Positions 7,108-16,573 of a stretch of DNA of 56,474 nucleotides are shown here, piece by piece. Origin of the DNA: a virus (Duplodnaviria > Caudoviricetes); the IMG/VR virus record IMGVR_UViG_3300020258_000006, positions 1-56,474 of that record. One strand, given 5' to 3'. Both the position numbers and the translations under genes were made by a program. Within the stretch, counting starts at the first letter, position 1. Each line of letters opens with the position of its first letter. Under the pieces are notes generated by a model. The model saw only the letters and a list, made by a program, of their open reading frames with translations, ran no database searches and was not told the origin of the DNA.

Positions 7108-8311
7108 CAAACAGGTATTAGGTTTTTGTTTATCTAATTCCTTTTTTGCAGAAGTAAAAAATATGTTGGACAGAACGATGTTCGACAGAGAAATGAAAGA
7201 CATATATGATGCTATATGTTTTTCCCATACAAAATACGGTAAGGATATAACCATTAATGAATTAGGGATACTATTTGACGATAGAAACCCATCTTTACCT
7301 GATAGCACTAAAAAAAGAGTACACGAAATAATTAGCGAACTAGATGTAGGTACGGCTGACAATTTTGAATTACATAAAGATATAATACAAAACTTTTGGC
7401 TAAGAGATAAAGCAAGACAGATTGGTGAAAAAGCTTTAGAAATATTTACAGGAGAAAGTGAAGAGTTTGGTGAGTTACGTAAGCTGATAGATCATGTAGA
7501 GGATGGTCGTATATCAGACAAAACTACTTATACTAAGGTTGACAAAGATTTTGAAGAGTTGCTGCAGGAAGAAGAGAAAGATAGTGACTTTCCTTTTGAC
7601 TATGCCCCTATTCGTGAAAATCTATCTGGTATGAATAGGGGCAACTTAGGTATTATATTTGCTAGACCAGAGGTAGGTAAGACAACTTTTTGTTGTTTTT
7701 TATGTGCATCGTACATAAGACAAAAATTAAAAGTTGTGTATTGGGCAAACGAAGAACCAGCAGATAAAATAAAATTAAGGATCATACAATCTTATTTTGG
7801 TTTAAAAAAAGAAGAGATGATAAACCATAAGAAAGATTTGATGCAGAGATATATAAAAGAGATTGAACCTTACTTAACAATTATGGATTCTGTTGGAACT
7901 TCTATAGAAGAACTTGATGAGTATTCTAAACTGAATAGACCTGACGTTATGTTCTGTGATCAACTAGATAAATTTAGAATATCAGGATTGTACAATAGAG
8001 GTGACGAAAGATTAAAAGAAACTTATGTCACTGCTAGGGAAATAGCTAAAAGAAATAAGCTATTGTTATGGGCAGTAAGCCAAGCAAGTTATGATGCACA
8101 TGACAGACAATTTATAGACTATTCTATGTTAGACAATTCTAGAACAGGAAAAGCAGGTGAAGCTGATGTCATTGTTGGCATAGGTAAGACAGGATCAAGT
8201 GAAATAGAAAATGATGTTAGACATATTTGTATTTCCAAAAATAAAATAAATGGTTATCATGGCATGATCAATGTACAGATAGATATACATAGAGGGATTT
8301 ATTGCACATGA
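7079..8311 (+). CDS. Replicative DnaB/gp4-like SF4 helicase
   Basis: Walker A ARPEVGKT, CDQLDK, VSQA, KAGEADV, SKNK. Confidence 0.92.
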   Translation: MSLYDPKLVDKQVLGFCLSNSFFAEVKNMLDRTMFDREMKDIYDAICFSHTKYGKDITINELGILFDDRNPSLPDSTKKRVHEIISELDVGTADNFELHKDIIQNFWLRDKARQIGEKALEIFTGESEEFGELRKLIDHVEDGRISDKTTYTKVDKDFEELLQEEEKDSDFPFDYAPIRENLSGMNRGNLGIIFARPEVGKTTFCCFLCASYIRQKLKVVYWANEEPADKIKLRIIQSYFGLKKEEMINHKKDLMQRYIKEIEPYLTIMDSVGTSIEELDEYSKLNRPDVMFCDQLDKFRISGLYNRGDERLKETYVTAREIAKRNKLLLWAVSQASYDAHDRQFIDYSMLDNSRTGKAGEADVIVGIGKTGSSEIENDVRHICISKNKINGYHGMINVQIDIHRGIYCT

Positions 8312-8877
8312 AAAAAGTTTTAACGTTGGATGTAGAAACAACACATATGGAGAAAAAAAATGGTGGATATACTCCTTTACCTTACTTCGGTAATCGTCTT
8401 GTTAGTGTGGGCTATAAGTATATGGATAGCCCTACCAATTACTTATGTTTTTATCACGCTGATCGTGAACCAGATCAGAAGGGTAACGAAATATTACAGG
8501 ATGCCTTAAATAATGCGAAAGTTCTTGTTGGTCACAATATTAAGTTTGACATTTGTTGGCTCAGAGAATGTGGTTTTGTCTATGATGGCAACCTGTACGA
8601 CACTATGGTTGCTGAGTATATTCTTGCACGATCTAGGAGATGGGGATTGAGTCTCGATGCTTTGTCTGAGAAGTACGATGTTACAAGAAAACGAAAAGAT
8701 TTAACACAAGATTACCTAAAGAACGGAAAAACTTTTTATGATATACCCTATGAAATAGTTGAAGAGTATGGTATAGCTGATGTAAAAGCAACAGAAGAAG
8801 TTGCTATAAAACAACTTATTGCCTTTGGCACAACTTTTGAGGAACTGTATGATACCAACGTTAAAGCTCTCGCTTGA
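8308..8877 (+). CDS. 3'-5' exonuclease domain of family A DNA polymerase (separate ORF)
   Basis: ExoI LDVET, ExoII GHNIKFD, YDTM, ExoIII YGIADV. Confidence 0.9.
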   Translation: MKKVLTLDVETTHMEKKNGGYTPLPYFGNRLVSVGYKYMDSPTNYLCFYHADREPDQKGNEILQDALNNAKVLVGHNIKFDICWLRECGFVYDGNLYDTMVAEYILARSRRWGLSLDALSEKYDVTRKRKDLTQDYLKNGKTFYDIPYEIVEEYGIADVKATEEVAIKQLIAFGTTFEELYDTNVKALA

Positions 8878-10378
8878 AATGACAAATGTTTTATCTAGGA
8901 TAGAACAGAACGGAATAAAAGTTAATTTAAATACTCTGGCCGCAATACGACAGGAGTATGAAACAGAATTGTTAGAGTTGGACACCAAGTTGCAGAGGAT
9001 GGCACAAAATGCTATGGGTGACACACCTGTAAATTTAGCATCACCAGACGATAGAAGTATTCTTTTATATTCTAGAAAAGTAAAGGACAAAAGTATTTGG
9101 TCTATTGTTTTTAATTTAGGTCACGAAGTTAGGGGTGCAACAAGCAGACCAAAATTTAAAACTAAAATGAAACGAGAAGAGTTTATAAGAAATGTTCGCA
9201 GTATGACAGATGTTGTCTATAAGACAGTTGGATCTCACTGTGAGTCTTGCAATGGACAAGGTAGAGTATCGTTTATACTGAAGAGTGGCAAAAAAAGTAA
9301 AGCCATGAGGATATGCAAGTTATGCAAAGGCAAAGGTATTTTGTATGAGAAAACTAAAGAAGTTGCAGGATTTAAGTTAGTACCTAGAAGCCCTGTTGAC
9401 ATAGCATCTGCAGGATTTAAAACAGATAAAGTTACATTGTCTAATCGTTTAGGAGAATTAGACGGAGATGCATACGAGTTCATAAAAGCATACACACGAT
9501 ACAACGCTTTGAAAACTTACATAAATACTTTTGTTGAGGGCATGGAAAACAATGTAGATTCAAATGGCTACATACATCCAGAGTTTATGCAATGTGTAAC
9601 TGCTACAGGTAGACTATCTTCAAGAAACCCTAACTTTCAAAATATGCCTAGAGGTAATACATTTGCTATAAGAAAAGTTGTAGAGAGCAGATTTGATGGT
9701 GGTTATATATTAGAAGGTGATTATTCACAGTTAGAATTTAGAGTTGCTGGATTTTTAGCTAAAGATAAAGCAGTGTACAGAGATGTTAAGGAAGGTACAG
9801 ACGTACACTCGTTCACTGCATCTATTATTGGTTGCGATAGGCAGACTGCAAAAGCACATACTTTCAAACCTTTATATGGTGGAGTTAGTGGAACGTCTGA
9901 ACAACAAAAATATTATAGAACATTTAAATCAAAGTATTCTAATGTTACATCATGGCAAGAAGACTTACAAAAACAGGCAGTTGAAAATAAATTTATTAAG
10001 TTGCCATCAGGTAGAGAGTATGCTTTTCCTGACGCTCAATGGACACGTTGGGGTACTGCTACAAATGCAACTGCTATTTGTAATTATCCTGTTCAAGGAT
10101 TTGCTACTGCTGATTTGTTACCTATGGCTTTAGTTTTGTTAGATTACAATATACGAGGACATAATTTAAAGTCTGTCATTTGTAACACAGTGCATGATTC
10201 TATTGTTATCGATGTTCATCCAGACGAATATAAGGATTGCATAACATTATTAAAATTTTCTATGCAGCATATTAAAAGTGAAGCTAAACGTAGGTATGAC
10301 ATAGAATATGACATGCCTGTTGACATTGAATTAAAAATAGGTAAAAATTGGCTTGACTTAAATTTGGTTGAGATATAG
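8849..10378 (+). CDS. Family A DNA polymerase domain with DnaJ-like zinc-finger insertion
   Basis: TATGRLSSRNPNFQN, motif A DYSQLEFR, motif B KAHTFKPLYG, motif C TVHDS; CESCNGQG and CKLCKGKG; GAGGA SD before ATG 8849. Confidence 0.93.
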   Translation: MIPTLKLSLEMTNVLSRIEQNGIKVNLNTLAAIRQEYETELLELDTKLQRMAQNAMGDTPVNLASPDDRSILLYSRKVKDKSIWSIVFNLGHEVRGATSRPKFKTKMKREEFIRNVRSMTDVVYKTVGSHCESCNGQGRVSFILKSGKKSKAMRICKLCKGKGILYEKTKEVAGFKLVPRSPVDIASAGFKTDKVTLSNRLGELDGDAYEFIKAYTRYNALKTYINTFVEGMENNVDSNGYIHPEFMQCVTATGRLSSRNPNFQNMPRGNTFAIRKVVESRFDGGYILEGDYSQLEFRVAGFLAKDKAVYRDVKEGTDVHSFTASIIGCDRQTAKAHTFKPLYGGVSGTSEQQKYYRTFKSKYSNVTSWQEDLQKQAVENKFIKLPSGREYAFPDAQWTRWGTATNATAICNYPVQGFATADLLPMALVLLDYNIRGHNLKSVICNTVHDSIVIDVHPDEYKDCITLLKFSMQHIKSEAKRRYDIEYDMPVDIELKIGKNWLDLNLVEI

Positions 10379-10381
10379 TAT
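10353..10381 (+). promoter_or_regulatory. Sigma70-like promoter for SSB and downstream genes
   Basis: TTGACT-17nt-TAGTAT, then AAGGAG SD. Confidence 0.65.
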
Positions 10382-10411
10382 AAATTATCAATTTCATAAA
10401 GGAGAAATTTA

Positions 10412-11260
10412 ATGAATGGAATATTAACTATAAATAACGAAATGGAAAACCTAGTAGATGCCTTTGGTCAAGATGACGAAGCGACCCTGATGAAGTTGTC
10501 AGGGCAAACGTCTGAAAGTGTAAATACAGGTTTACCTCGTCTTAATATAAATTATGACACTGAAACTGAAGATGGTGTCACTCTACCTAGAGGTCAGTGG
10601 AGAATGTATTATGATGGGCAGAACATATTTGCACCAGAGGTACAAATAAGACCCATACTTCGTACTTATGAATGGAGTGTTTGGGATCAAGAGTCTGGAA
10701 CATTTTCTGCTAAGTCTGTGCAGAAGCCTAGCATATCAGGTGATTTTCCTGATAACACAGGTGGTAATAAATGTGGTAGACTATCTAAAGAGGAAGAGGA
10801 GAAACTTGCACAAGATGATCCTATTCTTCTTAATTCAAGAGCCGTTGCCTGTAATCAAGTTATATACGGTACAATAACAGGTGAGTTTAAAGCTGCAGAT
10901 GGTACGAAGGTAACTGTTGCCGACCATCCTTTTGTATCGTATTTTAAAAAATCTGGTTTTAGACCAATAAGAGAGTTTATTGATGGTCTAACTAAGCAGA
11001 AGAAGATTATGCAGAAATGCAGGGTTAATCTGAAAACTGCAAGAAAAAAGAATGGGGGTGTCACTTATTGGATTCCTGTTCCTACTCTACATGATACAGT
11101 AGAGATTACTGACTCAGACAAAGAGTTAATGTCTATGTTTGCTCAGTCTGTAAAATCCCATAATGAAAACATTATGGCACAATACCGTGAAAATTCTAAG
11201 TTGGTTGAATCACAGGATGACTCTGATTTAGCATCCGATTTCAATGCTAACGCAGCTTAA
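10412..11260 (+). CDS. Probable single-stranded DNA-binding protein
   Basis: Position after the polymerase, LPRLNIN start, acidic C-terminal tail (DDSDLASDF). Confidence 0.6.
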   Translation: MNGILTINNEMENLVDAFGQDDEATLMKLSGQTSESVNTGLPRLNINYDTETEDGVTLPRGQWRMYYDGQNIFAPEVQIRPILRTYEWSVWDQESGTFSAKSVQKPSISGDFPDNTGGNKCGRLSKEEEEKLAQDDPILLNSRAVACNQVIYGTITGEFKAADGTKVTVADHPFVSYFKKSGFRPIREFIDGLTKQKKIMQKCRVNLKTARKKNGGVTYWIPVPTLHDTVEITDSDKELMSMFAQSVKSHNENIMAQYRENSKLVESQDDSDLASDFNANAA

Positions 11261-12137
11261 AATACAGGATTTTCTATCTAGGGCTACTAAGGGGGAAGTA
11301 ACACTCCCTCTTAGTTCCATCAACAATTTTGGGGAATCTTGTAAAGATGCCCTATCTAAACAATTCGTTTCAGAACCTAGAAAATTTAGAATTAGAATGT
11401 CTCAATTGGGCAAACCTATTTGCCAACAGTTGTTGGAAAAACAAGGTTACGAAGAAGACAAAGATTACAATGCTATATTTAGATTTCTATACGGAGATAT
11501 AACCGAAAGCATAATAATGTTTATCCTCGAAGAAGCAGGGATAAAGGTTGTAAAAAGTCAAGAAGAAGTATCTTTAACAATTGGAGATATGGTTGTCAAA
11601 GGCACACTTGATGTTATTATAGAAGATGAATTAGGCGATAAAAAAGTTTGGGATATAAAATCAGCAAGTGAATGGGCTTTTACATATAAGTATACAGGCA
11701 TAGGGGGATATGACAGGATAAAAGAGGATGATCCTTTTGGTTACATAATGCAAGGACATCTGTATGCAGAAGCTAAGAACATGCCATTTGGTGGTTGGAT
11801 AGTAGTAAACAAATCGAGTGGTGAAATAGCAGTTGTAGAAGCACCAGAGTGGCAAGAGCAAGATAGAAAAGATTGTTTAAAAAAGGCCGCAGAAAACATA
11901 AAAATATTAACAGATCCTAAAACAAAATTTAAAGTTCCATTTAAAGATGAATGGGAAACATATAAAGTTAATGGTGAATTAATAAAAACAGGAAATAAGA
12001 TTGTGCCAAAGCCATGTTCTATGTGTGGCTTTAAGTATCACTGTTGGTCAAAAGCAGTTTTACATCCAAAAATTACATCCAAAGCTAAAAATCCACCTCA
12101 AGTTTGGTATTCAAAACTTAATAAAAAAGAAATATAA
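11244..12137 (+). CDS. PD-(D/E)XK exonuclease (Cas4/RecB-like)
   Basis: RMSQLGKPICQ, GTLD...WDIKS, YIMQGHLY, C-terminal CxxCxxxxxC. Confidence 0.82.
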   Translation: MLTQLKIQDFLSRATKGEVTLPLSSINNFGESCKDALSKQFVSEPRKFRIRMSQLGKPICQQLLEKQGYEEDKDYNAIFRFLYGDITESIIMFILEEAGIKVVKSQEEVSLTIGDMVVKGTLDVIIEDELGDKKVWDIKSASEWAFTYKYTGIGGYDRIKEDDPFGYIMQGHLYAEAKNMPFGGWIVVNKSSGEIAVVEAPEWQEQDRKDCLKKAAENIKILTDPKTKFKVPFKDEWETYKVNGELIKTGNKIVPKPCSMCGFKYHCWSKAVLHPKITSKAKNPPQVWYSKLNKKEI

Positions 12138-12544
12138 TGCCATTACTGAATACTAAATTGTACGATAGTGGTCTTATTGAAATGAATGAAGATCTTATGT
12201 GTGTTTTTGTTGAAGCACATAATCGAGCAGGTGGTGGTAGAGATACTGTATATTTAAGGCAACACGACAGGGGTGTGCCGTTAACTATGAGAAATGATTT
12301 TTCTGATAGTGGATATTTAGATTATTCTACACAAGTTAGAGATCTTAAAATATTACGTGAAGATTTTGATTATTTAAGTTCTTTATTAAGAAGAGGTAAT
12401 TTAATTTTACTTCCATTATATCCTTTACTAGAAGAACATATTATGTTAGAAAAAAAATCTCCTGTTGTTACAGAATATATACAGGAAAGAATAGATACTC
12501 TATTTACAATTTTTCCCATAACTCCAATAGCGAGATTACATTGA
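12137..12544 (+). CDS. Hypothetical protein
   Basis: Translationally coupled ORF. Confidence 0.6.
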   Translation: MPLLNTKLYDSGLIEMNEDLMCVFVEAHNRAGGGRDTVYLRQHDRGVPLTMRNDFSDSGYLDYSTQVRDLKILREDFDYLSSLLRRGNLILLPLYPLLEEHIMLEKKSPVVTEYIQERIDTLFTIFPITPIARLH

Positions 12545-12924
12545 AAGTACAAGATAGATACGCAGGGTACAGATCCTTATTTGAATTAAATGTAGCTAAA
12601 AATTTAATTGAAAATAAAATAAAATTTGAATATGAAACTCAAAAAATAAACTACATACCTAAAACAAAAGTATATACACCTGATTTTTATTTCCCTCTTA
12701 CAAATATATACGTAGAAGCAAAAGGATATTTTGATATGGATGATAGAGTGAAAATGCTTTTGGTTAAAAAGCAACATCCAGATCTTGATATTAGATTTGT
12801 TTTTTTAAAACCTTATAATAAAATTAGATCAAACAGTAAAACAACTTACGTTGATTGGTGCAACAAATATAATTTTAAATGGGCTGATAAAGTTATACCT
12901 ATGGAGTGGTTTAAAAATGTCTAA
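12541..12924 (+). CDS. Endonuclease I-like Holliday junction resolvase (T7 gp3-like)
   Basis: YRSLFE, YTPDF, YVEAKG, HPDLDIRFVF, TTYVDWC. Confidence 0.9.
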   Translation: MKVQDRYAGYRSLFELNVAKNLIENKIKFEYETQKINYIPKTKVYTPDFYFPLTNIYVEAKGYFDMDDRVKMLLVKKQHPDLDIRFVFLKPYNKIRSNSKTTYVDWCNKYNFKWADKVIPMEWFKNV

Positions 12925-13207
12925 AAAACAATACCCTTTACTTGAACATGGCAAATACTATATTATTTTATCTCCTGTTGAAAAAAACGACTCTGAGTTT
13001 ACTTTAGCTGCATATGATACAACAGGCATGAGTATAGATAATATAGATGAACTTCCTGCAGTGGCTATTGTGCATGAAGGTATAGCTGCCATAGTCGATA
13101 GCGATATAGGTCTTTTATATCAAAAAGGTTTGGCCGCATTGGAACGAAAAAGAAAAATAAAATTTGAAGACAACGTTATAAACGTAAATTTTGGAGATAA
13201 AAAATGA
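12917..13207 (+). CDS. Hypothetical protein
   Basis: ATG 12917 after GGAG; C-terminal NVINVNF. Confidence 0.6.
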   Translation: MSKKQYPLLEHGKYYIILSPVEKNDSEFTLAAYDTTGMSIDNIDELPAVAIVHEGIAAIVDSDIGLLYQKGLAALERKRKIKFEDNVINVNFGDKK

Positions 13208-13449
13208 AAAAAGATATGGTCAATCAGCCCCCACATTATAATCAAGATAAAATAGAATGTATTGATGCTATTGAATCAGCAACAAATAGTGGTTTTGAAT
13301 ATTATTTACAAGGAGTTATAATTAAATATCTTTGGAGATATAGATACAAAGGTAAGCCTGTAGAAGATTTACGCAAAGCTGAATGGTACTTGCAAAAATT
13401 AATAGAAATAAAAATGGAACAAGAATTAAAAGAAAGTGATGGAGCATGA
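13204..13449 (+). CDS. DUF3310 protein (T7 gp1.7-like nucleotide kinase family)
   Basis: MVNQPPHY, IECIDAI, KYLWRY, EDLRKAEWYL. Confidence 0.88.
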   Translation: MKKDMVNQPPHYNQDKIECIDAIESATNSGFEYYLQGVIIKYLWRYRYKGKPVEDLRKAEWYLQKLIEIKMEQELKESDGA

Positions 13450-15368
13450 AAAGTTTACCAACACCATATCAAGACTTTATACATAAATCTCGTTATGCTC
13501 GCTGGAATGAAACAGATAAAAGACGAGAAGATTGGAATGAAACAGTTGATAGGTATTTAGATTATATTACAGAGCATGTAAAAAAAGAACATAATTTTGA
13601 TATAGAAAGTCATAATGTAGGCTTGTATCCTGCACTAAGACAACACATATTAGATTTAAAAGTAATGCCTTCTATGCGAGCAATGATGACTGCAGGAGAA
13701 GCATTGGACAGAGATAATATCTGTGGATATAATTGTAGTTATATTCCTGTTGATCATCCTAGAGCGTTTGATGAGTGTATGTACATACTCATGTGTGGCA
13801 CAGGTGTTGGATTTTCTGTAGAACGAGAGAATGTAGATAAGCTACCAATAGTTGCTGAAAACTTTCATCGCAGTGATACAGTCATTACAGTTGCAGACAG
13901 TCGTATGGGATGGGCAAAGTCCTACAAAGAGTTAGTTGCATTACTATACTCTGGGCAAATTCCCACATGGGATGTGTCATCTGTTAGACCTGCAGGAGCA
14001 AAGTTAAAGGTTATGGGTGGCAGGGCATCAGGACCAGAACCTCTTGTAGAACTATTTGATTTTACAATAAATACTTTTAAAAAAGCTAGTGGCCGCAAAC
14101 TATATCCAATAGAGTGTCACGATATTATGTGTAAGGTTGGACAAGTTGTTGTGGTTGGTGGTGTTAGACGATCAGCATTAATTAGTCTATCTAATTTAGG
14201 TGATGACCAAATGCGACATGCCAAATCTGGAACATGGTGGGAAACACAAGGTCAACGTGCTTTGGCAAACAACAGTGTATCTTACAAGTTCAAACCAGAG
14301 ATGGGTACGTACATGCGTGAGTGGGTATCTCTATATGAATCAAAGTCTGGTGAGCGTGGTATGTTTAATCGTGAAGCATCAGACAAACAAGTTGCACGAA
14401 ATGGTCGTAGAGAAACAGGACACGCTTGGGGTACAAATCCTTGTTCTGAAATAATACTTAGACCATATCAGTTTTGTAACTTATCAGAAGTAATAGTTCG
14501 TAGTGATGATACACTACAGGATCTAAAACAAAAAGTTCGTATGGCTACCATACTAGGAACATTTCAATCAACATTAACTAACTTTAAATATTTGAGGAAA
14601 ATATGGAAACAAAACACAGAGGAAGAAAGATTATTAGGAGTATCATTAACTGGTATAATGGATCATCCAGTTTTATCAAAAACTATAGATTCTACAAGAT
14701 GGCTAAAAGAAATGAAAGACCACGCAGTCCTTATAAATCAAGAGTATGCAAAACTACTGGGTATCCCTCAGAGTGCAGCGATAACTTGTGTAAAACCCTC
14801 AGGTACTGTGTCGCAGCTGACTAACTCAGCCAGTGGTATACATGCAAGACATAGTGAATATTACATAAGGACAGTAAGAGCAGATAACAATGATCCTCTT
14901 ACAAAACTTATGAAAGATGAAGGAGTAGTACACGAACCTGATGTAATGAAACCAGATTATACTACTGTTTTTTCATTTCCTACAATGTCACCAAAAGGTG
15001 CTACCTTACGAAAAGACCTATCAGCAATAGAGCAATTAGAACTATGGAAAGTATATGCACAGAATTGGTGTGAACATAAGCCATCTATAACTGTAACAGT
15101 AAAAGAAGATGAATGGATGGATGTAGGTGCATGGGTGTATAAGAACTTTGATATTATATCAGGTATATCTTTTTTACCTTATGATGATCATACATATCAA
15201 CAAGCACCCTACCAAGACTGTACGAAAACAGAATATTCTAAAATGTTAAAAGGATCACCTATGAAAATTAATTTTAGTAGGTTGTCAGAATATGAAAAAG
15301 AAGATACAACTACCGGGAGTAAGGAATTAGCTTGCACTGCTGATAGTTGTGAGGTAGTAGACATATGA
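13446..15368 (+). CDS. nrdJ: Class II (B12-dependent) ribonucleotide reductase
   Basis: MPSMR, YNC, GTGVGF, GGVRRSA, TNPCSEI, CVKPSGT, C-terminal CxxxxC; no beta-subunit gene seen. Confidence 0.88.
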   Translation: MKSLPTPYQDFIHKSRYARWNETDKRREDWNETVDRYLDYITEHVKKEHNFDIESHNVGLYPALRQHILDLKVMPSMRAMMTAGEALDRDNICGYNCSYIPVDHPRAFDECMYILMCGTGVGFSVERENVDKLPIVAENFHRSDTVITVADSRMGWAKSYKELVALLYSGQIPTWDVSSVRPAGAKLKVMGGRASGPEPLVELFDFTINTFKKASGRKLYPIECHDIMCKVGQVVVVGGVRRSALISLSNLGDDQMRHAKSGTWWETQGQRALANNSVSYKFKPEMGTYMREWVSLYESKSGERGMFNREASDKQVARNGRRETGHAWGTNPCSEIILRPYQFCNLSEVIVRSDDTLQDLKQKVRMATILGTFQSTLTNFKYLRKIWKQNTEEERLLGVSLTGIMDHPVLSKTIDSTRWLKEMKDHAVLINQEYAKLLGIPQSAAITCVKPSGTVSQLTNSASGIHARHSEYYIRTVRADNNDPLTKLMKDEGVVHEPDVMKPDYTTVFSFPTMSPKGATLRKDLSAIEQLELWKVYAQNWCEHKPSITVTVKEDEWMDVGAWVYKNFDIISGISFLPYDDHTYQQAPYQDCTKTEYSKMLKGSPMKINFSRLSEYEKEDTTTGSKELACTADSCEVVDI

Positions 15369-15859
15369 TAGAAGTAGACATATCAGTTGAACAATTGGAT
15401 AAGGCTAGAAAGCAAAGTACCAAAATGGGAACTTTGCCTAACTCTATTACAAATGGTGGTGGTAATCTAGCAGGATTTATTGGAGAGATTGTTGTAGCAG
15501 ATTTACTTGATGCTGAAATAAAAAACACATATGATTATGATATTGTAGATAAGCATGGAAGTAAAATAGATGTTAAAACAAAAAGATGCAATACTAAACC
15601 TAAAGACTATTACGAATGTAGCATTGCTTCACACGGAACAAAACAAAAATGTAATGAATATATATTTGTTAGGGTAATGAATAACCTCACAAAAGCGTGG
15701 GTGTTAGGAAGGATAAGTAAAAACGATTATTTTAAAAACTCAACTTATCACAACAAGGGAGACATAGATCCTGATAACGGATTTAAGTTTAAGTCAAGTT
15801 GTTATAATTTGCCAATAAACAAATTAGGTAATTTAAATGAAGAAACAAACGAGTGCTGA
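15365..15859 (+). CDS. PD-(D/E)XK-like nuclease-fold protein
   Basis: GFIGE...YDYDI...IDVKTK pattern. Confidence 0.5.
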   Translation: MIEVDISVEQLDKARKQSTKMGTLPNSITNGGGNLAGFIGEIVVADLLDAEIKNTYDYDIVDKHGSKIDVKTKRCNTKPKDYYECSIASHGTKQKCNEYIFVRVMNNLTKAWVLGRISKNDYFKNSTYHNKGDIDPDNGFKFKSSCYNLPINKLGNLNEETNEC

Positions 15860-16058
15860 ATTATTTTCTTTTAAAATGACGCTATTACCAAATGGAAATA
15901 TAGATTTGTCTATGCAAAATGTAAACCCGGAGGAGTTTCAAAAAGTCATGGAGCATGGCTTACCTAGCTATGACGGTTCACATTCTATAGGATGTATGAT
16001 AAGATATTTTAAAAAGGCTTGCGGCGAAATTATGGAAAAATCGCAAAATTACATTTAA
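15837..16058 (+). CDS. Hypothetical protein
   Basis: Overlapping coupled ORF. Confidence 0.55.
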   Translation: MKKQTSAELFSFKMTLLPNGNIDLSMQNVNPEEFQKVMEHGLPSYDGSHSIGCMIRYFKKACGEIMEKSQNYI

Positions 16059-16061
16059 TTT

Positions 16062-16148
16062 CCGGGGTATAAACATACACGGAGGGTGCGTTTCACCCCT
16101 CTGAGGGGCTTTAAAACGAGACGTTTTTTTACAACTGTAGTCGAAAAT
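16062..16148 (+). other. GC-rich structured intergenic element related to 56303-56466
   Basis: CCGGGGTATAAACATACA, hairpin GAGGGTG-CGTTT-CACCC(C)TC, GTAGTCGAAAAT. Confidence 0.45.
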
Positions 16149-16157
16149 GGAGTAAAT

Positions 16158-16379
16158 ATGAAAGATGTACTACTTAATGGAATAAAGGCTCATTTAATAG
16201 GTGAGATCAATAAACACATAGCAAATATAGAAATAACGCTTAATAGTTCTAAGCGTGTTCAAGATTTAGATAGAGAATTATTGTTACTATCTGAAGCAGA
16301 TTCTAAACTTCAAGCTTTAGGAAGATATATCATAAAGCCTGAAGAAGAATCTAATCAGAATAAAACTACTAAGAAGTAG
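16158..16379 (+). CDS. Hypothetical protein
   Basis: ATG 16158 after GGAG; last gene on the + strand. Confidence 0.6.
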   Translation: MKDVLLNGIKAHLIGEINKHIANIEITLNSSKRVQDLDRELLLLSEADSKLQALGRYIIKPEEESNQNKTTKK

Positions 16380-16560
16380 TGTTATTCATAGCTCCCATCA
16401 TTGGCATGGGGGCTTTCATTTTTTTAGGCTTTGCAGACATCTCTGTCATGCCGCCATGACCCATAGATTTTTTCATACTGCCACCATACATCATGGGTTT
16501 TCTTTTAGCCGCTCCACCATACATCATGGATTTTCTTTGACCGTTATTGTATACTTTCAT
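16369..16560 (-). CDS. Small basic Met/Gly-rich protein with MMYGG repeats
   Basis: AAGGAG SD; KSMMYGG, KPMMYGG, KSMGHGG. Confidence 0.7.
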   Translation of the reverse strand: MKVYNNGQRKSMMYGGAAKRKPMMYGGSMKKSMGHGGMTEMSAKPKKMKAPMPMMGAMNNTTS

Positions 16561-16573
16561 TTAAGTCTCCTTG

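Noticed and set aside
16086-16157. N-terminal extension of the 16086-16379 ORF
   Set aside because: Better start at ATG 16158 with a GGAG SD; the upstream part is the structured intergenic element
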